DNA of 59,011 bases, filler included, from Squatina squatina (GCA_031763465.1; 4 parts of 4 records of this genome joined end to end with filler, not necessarily neighbours in it); one strand, 5' to 3'; numbered from the whole stretch's first letter, positions 38,373 to 52,429 are shown. A program made the numbers and translations. The notes: a model not told the origin generated them from the letters alone.

Positions 38373-40022
38373 TCAGAAAATAAGTCACAGCCAAACATCT
38401 GATAGACCTGTTGTGTGAAATGTATACAAGTCATACTAGATTACATTGTACCTCTTATTCTGGATTACTGATGTGATTTTTTTTTTTGCCAGGAATAAAA
38501 TGTCAATGTGAAGCAGTAATTTGTTGTCCTTTGATAAATTGTAGACAAATGTCCTCGGTGAATGATCTTGTTTTATTCACTTTTGGTTACCTCTCGTACA
38601 TTCCAATGGCATTTTAAAGATTCTTGTTGATTAATGGTCTTGAGGTCATGAGAGCTGCAGCAATACTGAGCATGCTGCTAGTCTGGGAGCAGCTGATCCC
38701 CTCTGCCGCTTTCTGTCTCTACTTTGGTGCCAGTCCAATATATAATTTACACTTGAGTATAAGCTGCAGTCAAAAATGTCATCAGTATCCACCAACTGTG
38801 ACTGATCAAAACACATTCATTATAAATTATTTTGTCAAGATACGAATTGGCGAGGTTTTCTTTCTATATGATTACTGTATAGATGTCCGCAAAGATTGAA
38901 ACAATAAGGTTTGTGCTCGGAGGTGAAATCTTTGGGGTTGGATGTACCATTTTGTGGGCCAGAATGAGAGTCCATCAGCAACACCAACAGATATCTCTGC
39001 TCCTACATGATTTATCTTCCTAGCAATAACAGCTCTAGTTTTAAAGTGTTGTGACAGACAACTCTGTAGATCACCAATAATTGGAAGGAAGAGGGCAGAA
39101 AGTCAGATCAAACAATAAATGTGATCCAATCTTTATTGGCCCCCGATGAATGGTTTACTGCCCTGCACAAGACTGTCTGTGTCTGATATGGAAGTATCCA
39201 TAAAATTGAAAACATTTAGTGGNNNNNNNNNNNNNNNNNNNNNNNNNNNNNNNNNNNNNNNNNNNNNNNNNNNNNNNNNNNNNNNNNNNNNNNNNNNNNN
39301 NNNNNNNNNNNNNNNNNNNNNNNNNNNNNNNNNNNNNNNNNNNNNNNNNNNNNNNNNNNNNNNNNNNNNNNNNNNNNNNNNNNNNNNNNNNNNNNNNNNN
39401 NNNNNNNNNNNNNNNNNNNNNNNNNNNNNNNNNNNNNNNNNNNNNNNNNNNNNNNNNNNNNNNNNNNNNNNNNNNNNNNNNNNNNNNNNNNNNNNNNNNN
39501 NNNNNNNNNNNNNNNNNNNNNNNNNNNNNNNNNNNNNNNNNNNNNNNNNNNNNNNNNNNNNNNNNNNNNNNNNNNNNNNNNNNNNNNNNNNNNNNNNNNN
39601 NNNNNNNNNNNNNNNNNNNNNNNNNNNNNNNNNNNNNNNNNNNNNNNNNNNNNNNNNNNNNNNNNNNNNNNNNNNNNNNNNNNNNNNNNNNNNNNNNNNN
39701 NNNNNNNNNNNNNNNNNNNNNNNNNNNNNNNNNNNNNNNNNNNNNNNNNNNNNNNNNNNNNNNNNNNNNNNNNNNNNNNNNNNNNNNNNNNNNNNNNNNN
39801 NNNNNNNNNNNNNNNNNNNNNNNNNNNNNNNNNNNNNNNNNNNNNNNNNNNNNNNNNNNNNNNNNNNNNNNNNNNNNNNNNNNNNNNNNNNNNNNNNNNN
39901 NNNNNNNNNNNNNNNNNNNNNNNNNNNNNNNNNNNNNNNNNNNNNNNNNNNNNNNNNNNNNNNNNNAGTGATGTGATACTGAAAAGGTAATTCAGTGCCC
40001 TCATTTATAAAATTCTTGTCAC

Positions 40023-40091
40023 CTTATCACCTGCTGTCTTTTCCAATTCTTGTTTAGCTGCTAACAGTTTGCGCTCCAGATCAGTCAGTTG
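40023..40091 (-). CDS. LUZP2: Leucine zipper protein 2, internal 69-bp exon
   Basis: Pyrimidine tract + cacag acceptor and gtgaca donor. QLTDLERKLLAAKQELEKTAGDK versus recalled human QLTDLEQKLAVAKNELEKAALDR. Same-strand position upstream of ANO3 matches human synteny. Confidence 0.85.
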
Positions 40092-40957
40092 CTGTGCATG
40101 GGTAGAGAAAGATATAATAAAGTGTAATGTACAATAATAAGAACAACATAATGGTGTACTCAAGATCTGCCTCAGCACAATATGCATGCTGCATTATCTC
40201 ATCAAATGATTAATAGGTCATTGATTTATTAATAAACATTGTTAGCTAGTAACAGATTGATCATAATTTTCACACCAGGTAAGGTGCTGGCTGTATTGGT
40301 AAACCTATTATTAGAGCAGTAAAGTTCAAAAGATGGCATGATAACTTCGGATGAGGAAGGTCGTTCCACTCATTTTAGTTCATCCAACTAGAATGATCTT
40401 AAAATCCTCCCATTCAAGCATGAAGCACAGCTGCATTAAACAGCTCACCAATGCCCTCCTTGCCAGGGAGAACAATACATTTTTAAAAATATATTCATTC
40501 ACAGGATGTGGGTGTTGTTGGCAAGNNNNNNNNNNNNNNNNNNNNNNNNNNNNNNNNNNNNNNNNNNNNNNNNNNNNNNNNNNNNNNNNNNNNNNNNNNN
40601 NNNNNNNNNNNNNNNNNNNNNNNNNTTCTGTTTTTCTCTTTTATCTCTCTCCCTTAATCCCATCTGTAAGTTTTGGTCTTTATTTTCCTTCCTGTACAGT
40701 GATTTAAATGTAATTTATATTTCCTGTTTTTTATTTCCTGCTTTTCAGTCTGCATGTCTCAGTGAGGATTCTTCAATATGATTGTTTGAAGAACCTCCCT
40801 GTTGTTTCTCCTGCTCACGGACACCCCTGATCCACTGTAGAGGTTGCCACACTGGGTCAGATACGTTATTAATATAAATTTCCATTGACAAGCCCGCCAA
40901 AAGTCTCTGGGCAACTGTACATGAGGTGAACACCAACAACTTGTATTNNNNNNNNNN

Positions 40958-41120
40958 AAATTTGACACCGAGCCATATAAGAAGAAATTGGGGCAGATGA
41001 CTAAATGCTTGGAGGAGAGAGAGGTAGAGAGGTGGAGAGGTTTAGGCAGGGAATTCCAAAGCTCAGGGCTTTGGCAGCTGAAGGCACTGCCACCAATGGT
41101 TGAGCAATTATAAACAGGAA
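40958..41120 (-). mobile_element. L2 LINE 3' end
   Basis: TIGGSAFSCQSPELWNSLPKPLHLSTSLSS (L2 ORF2 C-terminus). Related L2 tails at ~12832-12920 (+), 32195-32325 (+) and 37810-37941 (-). Confidence 0.75.
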
Positions 41121-44100
41121 CAGCGAAAGCCCTTCCCTTTGCCGCTGAGAGCACATATATCCAATGCAAAGAAGTCACTTGTCTAGCCTATTGTTTCAGG
41201 AAATTTGATTGAAGACCATCTCATAGTTTCTTCTTCATTTGATATTAAAATGGCTTGTGAAATATGGAAATAAATTAAACATTAATGAACAGACATGAAT
41301 TGCCATGGAAGGCATTAATTTACTTCTGAATCCTGGTATATTTGGCAAGCTGTACAGTAATTTGTTGAAGGAAAATAATAAATTGAAGCTCCAGCTTGAC
41401 TTTAAGAGATAACAAGAAATGTGACAGTAATTGTAATTTGGCACACTCTCCATGAAAAATATACAGATTTCATTTTTTTTTTATTGCAGGGAAATTAATG
41501 TGACTAGTTTTAATACAGAAAAGTGTCATACTGATTGTAACATTCAAATCAATTCCTCAGTGAATTAATATAAATGTAGGTGAAATGCAGAAGCATTTGG
41601 CATGTCTTCAATTTGTGGAGGTCATTTTATACATGAAACTTGTAATTGCCTAGTTCCCATGTATGCTTTACAAAGTAAAAGTCAATTTAGTGTCATACTT
41701 TACAACATTGAGGGTATTTTGCAATTAGGCTCCATATTTTCATTACTCAACAGTCAATAGGGAAGTGCCACATCCCACCAAGCTTAAAATCCTCAGATCT
41801 GACANNNNNNNNNNNNNNNNNNNNNNNNNNNNNNNNNNNNNNNNNNNNNNNNNNNNNNNNNNNNNNNNNNNNNNNNNNNNNNNNNNNNNNNNNNNNNNNN
41901 NNNNCCGAAATTTGACATCAACATTTTAAAGGACTTTTATGCCGTTCACAAAGTGAGCTTATTTTATCAATTGGCACTATCAGTTGGAAGCCTGGCCTGC
42001 TTTCACACATATTGGAAATTCAGGCATCACTTCCATACATTTTCTTTAAGCGTGTAGAAAAGATGTGCACCAGAATTTCCAATATGCCCTCCCAAAGGGT
42101 CAAAATCCAGGAAATTGGAGCATTAACCCTGTGGAGTTATCAGTATGTAGTCATTCCTGCTTGTGGCTCTCACTCAAAAGCAAGGCAGTGTGTTTCATAG
42201 TCGAGAAACTATTGTTGGCATTATCAAATAAATAAATGCTTAACACATTCATATTCCTTTATCTGCTATTTTAACGCAGGCATTGGGCAGTTTATCGAAA
42301 ATGGTTTAATGATTTTACTGAATTAGCAGACTATACAATGTTATAGAAACAGGCTAAATTAATATTACTTGTATTTTTCATGAAGTGTGATGAACTAAAC
42401 ATTTCAATTTTGATTTTAAAAGTGTCATTTAGTGATTATGAATTAGATAGATAAATCGATAGACATAAACATTTTGTTGGGCTGTTCTGCACATTCAGAT
42501 ATGCGCACCCATGGCATTTATGAATTATCCATAATGAATTCAGTTGTGTGTTCAGTATACCGACCTTCCTTTATCATTGATGCAACTAAACTTCCACTTT
42601 ACCAACTTGGCATTCCAATATACAACACGACACAGTGTACTAAATCGTCACTATAACCTTCTCTTCTGTGCATTGCTCTCTTAGCTGAACCATTTTGAAC
42701 TCCAACTGAGCTGGTAATATAAGCTTTGTGAAGCCAATATTGGCGTGTACCTGTGACTGAATGGAATTCTGATTGCTGTTCGACACTGCAGCGTGTTTAC
42801 ATTTTAATTTATTTATTAAAACTGATTTATACTAACTGATAATTAGTAAATTAGTTAACAGATTTATTCATTAACTTAACACCCTCTGCTCGTTAGGCAA
42901 TTGATGAGCAATTTAATTATGCTCATTACTGTACTAATTACAGTTATTAATTTAAAAGCCACAGAACTCCAGCCCGCTATGGCTACGCAACTTAATGGAA
43001 ACATTGGTGTGTGACCCTCAACAGCTCACCAAAACTTGATAAGTAGCCCTCCAGCTCAAATAATTGCCCACCCCTGCCCTAATCTGGCTGTTCATGCACA
43101 AGCTAGTATGCNNNNNNNNNNNNNNNNNNNNNNNNNNNNNNNNNNNNNNNNNNNNNNNNNNNNNNNNNNNNNNNNNNNNNNNNNNNNNNNNNNNNNNNNN
43201 NNNNNNNNNNNAATAATCCTAAAGCCAGCACCTCAAGCCTTATGGGCTTTGCAACCGTTTTTCGCCGCGAGCCAAATTTTGCATCCGCATTTTTGTGCCT
43301 AAAGTGCCTTTACGCCAGTTTTGCGCCGATTTCGCGCTAGAAGTTTTACCTCGAATTGGCCGCCCCTGAGCTCTGCCAATTTTTTACTCAACTTGACACA
43401 CAATCAAAAGTCTTATAGTAACCTGATGAAAAATTTAAGCTTTAGTGACAGAAAATCAGTGCTGAACATTTTGTGTTCATGAGCTCATTTTTGTTTTTTG
43501 TCATTTTTGAACCAAGCCGCCAGTGTTTTGCTCAAGGTTGGATAAGGCTTCTGTAGACAAGCAAAAAAAAAATTATTAAAAGTTGCACTATGTCTTATTT
43601 TATTTTATATTGTCCTGTTGGCCACAAACACTGAGTTACAGCTCACTATAACATTCAAATTTACCTACAATTCTAAGTTGGTAGCTCTGTGGCATTCAAT
43701 TCATCCCACCAAGATACCACTATGACTGGAGCTTCATGTCTCACTCGTAAATGACAGTCAAATCCTCCAGCCATATATCTGATGGGTGTCATTCATTCTT
43801 TCATTGGGCTATTAGTTGAGGTGCCTCATAGAATGGTGAGGCTTTGGGGAAAATCAAGGACACTGTGTCATTCTTGCCTCACGGCAGCCATTCCTCTTAT
43901 GAAACTGAACATGGAATTGCATTTGTGTCAGAGGTTGTCAACGGACTACAACTGAGCCTTCCCAACTGGAGGTGAATGTGGACTATCAAACGAGGGAGGA
44001 ACCTGATAAGATTGTAAAAAATGTATCATTTCCTTAGCCTTCAGTGAAATGCTTATCTGTGTAAATATTTTTAAGAATTCTGTAGTAAAAGGACTTGGTG

Positions 44101-44371
44101 GGGATTGTGAAATACAATTCAGCCCTTGCAGTGAAGGATTATTATTAAACAGCAAAAAAAATCAATACTCTCTGGTTACTTTACATAGAAAGGAATTAAT
44201 CAAACTGTAATTGTTAGGGCGCAAGCTAGCTGATGATAACAGTGACAAAGCATCTCTGTTGATTGCTAGAGTTCATCTAACTTGTGTTAGAGTTGTACAT
44301 TTTACAAGTAATGAGAGTGGGTAATCACAGTTATACATTGTTTTGGAGTGTAAGAAGCCAGGGATCCATGT

Positions 44372-44471
44372 NNNNNNNNNNNNNNNNNNNNNNNNNNNNN
44401 NNNNNNNNNNNNNNNTTAATTAATTAANNNNNNNNNNNNNNNNNNNNNNNNNNNNNNNNNNNNNNNNNNNN
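44372..44471. other. Artificial scaffold linker
   Basis: N-run / TTAATTAATTAA / N-run. Confidence 0.97.
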
Positions 44472-47400
44472 CATTGGCCCCTCAGTGAATGCTTACCCTC
44501 CTTCAACCTGGGCTCAGTGAAGGAGCCACTCAATTTCCCACTGCCCCTGACCTGCAAGCTGCCTCCATGGTGATCTCCTTTCTAAGGATGTCATTCCAAT
44601 TCAGCCTGCTTGATTCGCTGGTGGTGCAGTGGGCCTTGCTAGTGTACGGGCTTTAGGTTTTGATGATTAATGTTGCAAACAAAGAAGGAAAGAAAATGAT
44701 TGTTAGAGCTAAATAAAATTAGAGGCTACCCAAGATACGCATCAGTTCTTTGCTGAATTTCCCACCTGTTACATGGAAACTGGACTTAAGCAAAAAGCCC
44801 ACACTGTGCTTTGATTGTGGCCGTGGTCTGGAAAAAACAAAATGCGACAGCCCGTGCAGAGTGACTTTGAAACTGGTGTAAGCGTTGGCGGTGAGAACCA
44901 CTGTCCACCAATGACCTTAAGTTGTGCCCACAAGCAATGGAGTCAGAGTTGAGTTGCTATAGTTTAAAATCAAGAGTGGGATAAAGTTTCACACGCACCC
45001 CCATTGATTCTCACTGTAAGATCTTCTAACCCACAAGGAAAATAGACACAAACAAGTAGCCACAGAGTTACTCATGAGTGGGGGCAACCTCTCCATCGCA
45101 GACAGCTTCCTGTTCTGCAGTTTGGTAGTACTTCATAATATGTATCAATTTGGTTTAAGAAAAAAGTGTACACAATGAATACTTTCCAAAAAAAACCCAA
45201 AGGTACTTTATTTGACAAATAAGCAATTGACTAATTTGATAAGTAAGGATTAATCTAAGCCTGGTTGTAAGTATCTTTTGTCAATGTCTTAATCCGTATG
45301 TGACATGGTTGTGCTGTTTATCGTTCTCTATATCTCCACATAATTATAGTTTTTGATCAAAATGGACAGGTTGGCCAAGACTAAGAAGTACATTTTTTAC
45401 AGACTTACTACGGCTGCCTGGTAACTCTGATAAGAGATATCAAGGGAAAGTGTTCACAATGCAGAGACACAAGACAGCAGGGGAATTGAAAAGAGACTTA
45501 AAAAAAAGTAAAGTGGAGAAGTAAGAAGGGAGGACTGAGGCACAGTGACTGNNNNNNNNNNNNNNNNNNNNNNNNNNNNNNNNNNNNNNNNNNNNNNNNN
45601 NNNNNNNNNNNNNNNNNNNNNNNNNNNNNNNNNNNNNNNNNNNNNNNNNNNTAAGAGAGGACTGTTCAAAAAGGGCAACAGGGCCTGTCAGCTCATTTGC
45701 ACGCCGAGGCAGAATGAGCTCCATCAGTTAATAAACTGTCAGAAGCCGTTTGTGACGAGGTTCTCCCAATAAATCTATCATGTGCTGTTACTTGATGTGA
45801 GGTACAGGTGCATGCTTGGTGACCCTCATAAATCCGAACTTAAGAGCATATCCCGCCACCTGATTCCCTGCCTGTCAGCTTTTGTCAGTCGCTCGACTGA
45901 ACAGCTGGTGTCTTTCCGCATTGTGGGAGTTCTGAAACCCAGTGACGGCTCTTTGAAGACTTTTTTTTAATAGTGTGTCATTAGGAAGACTTCATTATAT
46001 GGTGCAAAAATTTATAACTTTTACTTTATGAAATTATAATGGCTTCATTAAACAGTGTCTAGTAGCAATTTAGCCTTATGCTGCATGCAGTTAGTTTCTT
46101 CCATGTGTATGGTGTGTTCTATATAAAGTATTGCAAAATGAAGAATAAAAGAACCTTAAATAGGCTTGGCAGATCCATTGTNNNNNNNNNNNNNNNNNNN
46201 NNNNNNNNNNNNNNNNNNNNNNNNNNNNNNNNNNNNNNNNNNNNNNNNNNNNNNNNNNNNNNNNNNNNNNNNNNNNNNNNNGAACATGAGCCCATGTCTT
46301 GCCAATTGAGCAACAAATGCGTTAGAGTAGCACTGTTATGATTTGGGTTTCAAGCTCTCTTCAAAGCTCATCTATACTTGAATGAAATTGATGAATTGGG
46401 CTTGTTAGTCTGTTTCATATCATACTCATTTACTGTTGTTAAATATTCACATATGTCCAATACTGTTGGAAAATAATGTCAGATGCACTCACCCCATGAA
46501 CGAGATGTTGGGTTGTCTGTTATTTCCCCACTGCTATGGTACACATCCATCCATCACTCGGGATCAGTGTAATCATTGATTTATTTGAGAATGAAATAAA
46601 GCAAGGTTTCATTTAAGGTATTTCATCAGTTTGTGCTATTTAGGGCCAAAATCTTTTTATCGATTCTCCACAAATTTTAGGGTTATCTAGGTTAAAAAAT
46701 CTTTTCCCCATGCCTCAATTTTCTTCACTCCTCTTCCGAAGGTGGTGATTTATGTTTGGATACAATTCCACCATTAGTGACATACCTCCAGTAACATGCG
46801 TAAGTCAGCATTCTTCATGTAGGACTCTGGTGAGTATTAGCAGGCCATTTTTTCCTTGAGGGGCATCACAGCTGAACCCAATAATACCATCACCAAATAG
46901 CCACATACCAGCAGCGGGCACTGGATAGTGGGCAAGAATGGGAACCTTGAAGGATTTCCTCTTTCCCACCGAAGCCAATTCTGAAACGCTTACTGCCAAA
47001 CTGGACTGATATCAGCTAATTCAGTGCAGGACAGGAATAAAACCTAGGACATTCATGTTTGGATTATTTTACCAACTGCCACATAAAAATGTCATGTCCA
47101 GTAGCTTTACACTAGGTCAGTAAAATAATTGATACGCTAGGCTGAGGAAATCCATCTGTGAGCAAACCCCGTAGCCCCATCCTCACATCTTCAAGTGCCA
47201 AACTATCTTCACCTGAGTCAGAAGTTGGTAAATTATGACATTTACCGCACTAACATATTAACACTCTTATGTGCTGTTCTCTCCTCTTTATGCATAATTA
47301 TGAACTAATTATTCTACACTTCATTTTGTAATTCTTCGTAATTAAATTACCTGAATTCAATAATGTAGTATGCACAATGAATCAAATGTCAAAGTGGTGG

Positions 47401-50400
47401 GGGAGGGGGAATCAATCAAAATTAAAAGTTGATTGGTGAGCTCCCTGAGTAATGTGTGCATCTTACATAATGAAAGCTTTGCCTTCAAAGAAGGGCTAAT
47501 AGAGTCAAGGATGAGATGCACCCAAGTCATCAACTAGATGTGAGGTTTGAGCAATAGGTGGGGATAAATCAATTTATGTTCATGCACTATAAACCATTCA
47601 TAATTATCCATTTAATTGCAGGTTAGGGATTTCTTATCAGCTCTCAATAATTAAGTTTGCGAAGGGGAAAAATTATGTAATGAAAGTACGAAATATGTAT
47701 GTTTGAGAATTAAGCATTATATGTAATCGTAATGGGAAAAGTAACTGAATATGCGTAATATATAGAGCATATAAAGATAACAGAAAGAAAGAACTTGCAT
47801 TTTCATAGCACTTTTCATGACCTCATAAAGTCCCAAAGCCCTTCACAACCAATGAAGTACCTCTTGATGTGTAGTCACTGTTGAAATGTGGCAATCAATT
47901 AGTACACNNNNNNNNNNNNNNNNNNNNNNNNNNNNNNNNNNNNNNNNNNNNNNNNNNNNNNNNNNNNNNNNNNNNNNNNNNNNNNNNNNNNNNNNNNNNN
48001 NNNNNNNTCATAGAGTTTAATGCCAAAGTGTTGACCCGTGAAAGAATAAACTTAAGTACAATTGCCACACAGTACCTCATAGCCTTGACGGACCCTAAAT
48101 AACTCTTTGCAGAACATGCATTTGTAACTGGCCGTCCTTCTGGTTATACCGGGAGTCTACATCACTCTGCCAAAGATGGAGTACGTGCACTATGAGGTAC
48201 ATCACATCCAGGCTGAATCATTCGGAATCACTGTAGCCTGCAATGCCTCATTAGAAAGCCAGACACTGGAATGACAAATTGAATTTATTGCAGGCTTGGG
48301 TAAACAGGAGGAAAGCTTGAATAAGATGTAATGCTTGTATTTCAGCTGCAGGAGGACATTATCTAAAACTGCACAAAATCTGCATCAGCAGTAGAATGAT
48401 AAACAGCTGCCTTTGATAACCGGACGTGGTAAAACTGATGGCAGAGAAGCGGAATATTGGGATGCACCATTTCTTTTTGCTTCTGCATATTCTGAGGTTT
48501 CACTTTTTTTAGTATCTTAATACTAAACTGAGNNNNNNNNNNNNNNNNNNNNNNNNNNNNNNNNNNNNNNNNNNNNNNNNNNNNNNNNNNNNNNNNNNNN
48601 NNNNNNNNNNNNNNNNNNNNNNNNNNNNNNNNTTAGAAAGACATTCAGATCTTATTGTGATGCAACCAGTGGTCTGCTGGTGCATTGGAAAGAGAAGCCA
48701 CTGCCAAAAGTCTACCAAAGTGAGGTTTGCCACCCTCCGATCAATCCAAGCACCTGAAGTGTAACTTCAACATGCCAATGTGTGCTCAGAGACGATTCTG
48801 ATGGATGAATGGACCTTGTATAATGATGCTCCTGGGAGAACAAGGAGATGTCGTCAGTCATGGGTGGAAAATATAATCTTGATCTCCCAACAGCCATGTA
48901 GAAACTTGTCATTCTGGTCAAGCAGTACTGATATAGTAACAATGAAGGCGTTATGATAGATCCCAGAAAAATGAGGCATTCAATTATGACATGTTGCTGG
49001 TTGCAAATTAATTGTTCATTGTGTCGCTGTGCTCATTTACCAGAAGATTTACATTTCTGAAGCCTTATAATAAAAAAATTAGTTGTCCTGGGTTTATTTA
49101 CCAACCTTTCTGTTTTGAAAACCAAATTATCAAGTGCCCTTTATCCTCACATCTCACTTTAAATTATTAGTGGCTCACTGCACAATATTTTCTTTGTGGT
49201 TTTAAGAATTAATTTTTTATAGGTCTTGATTTATTCATTTTGCCCAGGTGCGCGGTGCAACCCCCATAGAAATATTGCTGGCTAGCTAGTACAGCCTTGA
49301 TCCGTTCTTGTAAAGCTGTGGATGAGCAAATTATTCACGACTTGTTTACTCATCCACCAGCTGGCATAGTCTGTTCACTGAGCTACTCTCACTACGACAT
49401 TACGTTCCGGCTGATGGAAAGTTCTCTTTGCAGCTTTTCTGTTTTATGCTGACAAGAAGTGTATTTGTATTTGATTCCTGGTCTGTGCTGAGCTACCGGA
49501 ATTCAGCCAGAACAGCCATCGCAGTGCTCCAGTTGGATTGAGAGCCTCAGGGAGGGCAATGATAGGTCAGGTGATTTGCTCCTGATCACAATCCAGTGAC
49601 CTTGCTGTAAATTGCAGGCATATGAATGTGGGCTCAGCTGTGATATTGTTCGTGAGTGAATAGTCTGCTGGCACTTGCTGTCTAGGCTTCCATGTGAAGA
49701 ATGCCCACTTGGTTAAGGTACAAAAGTGCGTCCAGAGTGAAGGGCAAAACAGGAGGGCAGAGACTATTGCTTGTCAGTGTGTGAAAACTATCCATTGGCT
49801 GCACTGGTCAGCCCATGGGGACATGCTCCTCAACAATGACCTCAGGATTAATTTTCTTCCTAAAAGGTCATATAAGTCCAGATAATTGATTTGAACAACA
49901 AAACACTACCCTTTTCAGACTAACATTACCAAGGGGCCTGTTGCACACCCTTGAAATGATTACTCAACTCAACCTCCCACCTTCTCTCCTAAATTTGCAC
50001 CTTCTGCTTTGGGTTATATGCATCTGCACAGCTATGTGGCAACTGGCAGCTGTTAGATTTTCATAGGTGAAAATTTCCTCTATGCACTAAGTGTAGTGAA
50101 ATTGTACCTATTCTTGAGATTGTGCTACAGTTGGTAGATAGAGGAACTCGTCCTCTCTCTCCCCATCACAACCATGTTCAGAGAGAGGTGGTGGGACAGT
50201 CAGCTCTCTGCCAACATTCAATGGATTGCCATGGAACTTTCTAAAGCTGCTTTTCCACTAGTGTGAAGTTACACAACATTAGATGTGAAGCCCAAGTGGT
50301 GTGAGACTACTCCACAAGAAGATCTCATTTCTTGATGTCTGCTTTACACTCAATTACACTGTACATAACTACACTGTGTGTGTAATACAACTGGTTCTTA

Positions 50401-50544
50401 AGCATGTAAGGAATGTAATAATAGTACACTCTTGCATATAATTTTAGTTGGAACGAGTTTACAATATATTGGTGTCTTTCCTGGCTTATGTGGCTCACTT
50501 GGCTTGTTGCTCTGACAAAATGCCATCAACGTAATGGTATGTAC

Positions 50545-50799
50545 TGGAGGTAAAGCATCCGCGAAGGCAACAACCACTTTGAGCTTCTCCGGCGGGAGCT
50601 CATAAAGGCCAAGCGCAGGCAGCAGAAGGAGTGCGCGGAATCCCGAGCACCCCATCCTCTTGCCCCATCAAATACCACCTGCTCCACCTGTGGTCGAGTT
50701 TGCGGATCCAGTATAGGATGATTAAGTCACCTCAGAACCCACAACACCAGAGTGGAAGCAAGTTATCCTCGATCTTGAGGAACTGCCTAAGAAGAAGAA
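50545..50799 (+). mobile_element. RTE-clade LINE 3' end
   Basis: SIREGNNHFELLRRELIKAKRRQQKE...TTCSTCGRVCGSSIGMISHLRTH (C-terminal C2H2-like finger of RTE ORFs), short 3' UTR and (AAG)n tail. Confidence 0.82.
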
Positions 50800-51128
50800 A
50801 AACAAAATACTCCATAGCCATCGTTGCTGTTTTCATTAGAAATTTCTCCAAATTCAAGGTCTTTTTTTTTGATATGTGTTAATTTTCACTCTCTAAGCAC
50901 TATTAAAGGCTTTCTATTTTCAATGAACAATGCAATTTCATTTCAAGCACGTCCCCTTGATAAAGGTCTGAAAACAAATCAAAATGCCAGGAAGCTGACG
51001 CCACAGACCATTAATCTGAGCAGAAATTAAAAGTACATTATTTGACATTTTCACAATAAACAAAGTACACAGTAAATATGGAGCATTTCATCAATACGCT
51101 CTCATGAGCATGAAAGGCTCATAACTCA

Positions 51129-51284
<156 letters not shown>

Positions 51285-51615
51285 TTAATCAGTGAAGCAA
51301 AATTCCCCGACAGTGGGGGGGATCCGAGAGCTGATATACGGAGACCGTCATAAACAACATAAATTCCACTTATTAGAAGAGTGACCGTGAACCCCAATTA
51401 ATTCAGCTGCTGCTGTCAAAAAACATTTAGTCACACCAGTGAATAAAGAATTGATAGAAATCAAATAGGACCAGAAAATCGCAAGTTACGGGCTCTAATT
51501 TCAGTGAGTTGAAAANNNNNNNNNNNNNNNNNNNNNNNNNNNNNNNNNNNNNNNNNNNNNNNNNNNNNNNNNNNNNNNNNNNNNNNNNNNNNNNNNNNNN
51601 NNNNNNNNNNNNNNN

Positions 51616-52150
51616 CCAAATCATTGATATAGATTGTGAATAGCTGGGGCCCAAGCACCGATCCTTGCGGCACCCCACTAGTAACAGCCTACCAACCTGA
51701 AAATGACTCATTTAATCCTATTCTTCTGTCCTTTAACTAACCCTCTATCCATGCTAATATATTACCCATAACCCCCAACCCCTTATCTTGTATAGCAATG
51801 TTTCATGTGGCTCCTTATTGAATGTATCTAAAATTCCATGCACACATCAATCATATTTTCTTTATCTGCACATTTGGATTTTCTGAAAAAACTTAATTAA
51901 GCACCATTTGCCCATTACAGAGCCATGCTGATTGTCCCTGATTAACCCACGTCTTTAACAAATTTTATTCTGCATTATGGGCTCTAGGAACTTATTCACA
52001 ACTGAAATAAAACTAATTGGTTTATCTTTTCCCTTTTTGAACAGGAGTATAATACTTGCCACCCTCCAATCCTTTGGCATGATCTCTGTTTTGCGGTTAG
52101 TGCCTCTTTCCTCCCCAACCACCTCCAGTAGTCTGGGATAGATATCATTT
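51616..52150 (-). mobile_element. CR1 LINE RT fragments
   Basis: [19 protein letters not shown] next to the gap; more decayed CR1 ORF2 sequence beyond it. Confidence 0.8.
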
Positions 52151-52429
52151 GGGTATTGACTTTTCTATTTTGCTGTTTACTTTTTAAATAGTGTCCTTTT
52201 GAATACCTATCCAGTAATGGCTCTACCACATCCTCCGGGTATTCCTACAGAATTGCTTTCCTCCATAATCAAATTTCACATCCACTTGTGGCATTTGACT
52301 GGATTGAGCTATATTTTAATCCAGACCTTCCTGCAACTAACCTTTCCCAGTAATGCACTGATTTTCACCTTGTCCAACGTGGGAATTGTGGGTAAGAGTC
52401 TGATACATAAATGGAGGGATCACTGAGTC

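Noticed and set aside
39146-40004. Long ORFs of 250-276 aa in the ORF track
   Set aside because: Composed of X from the N-gap at 39223-39966; the same applies to most gap-spanning ORFs.
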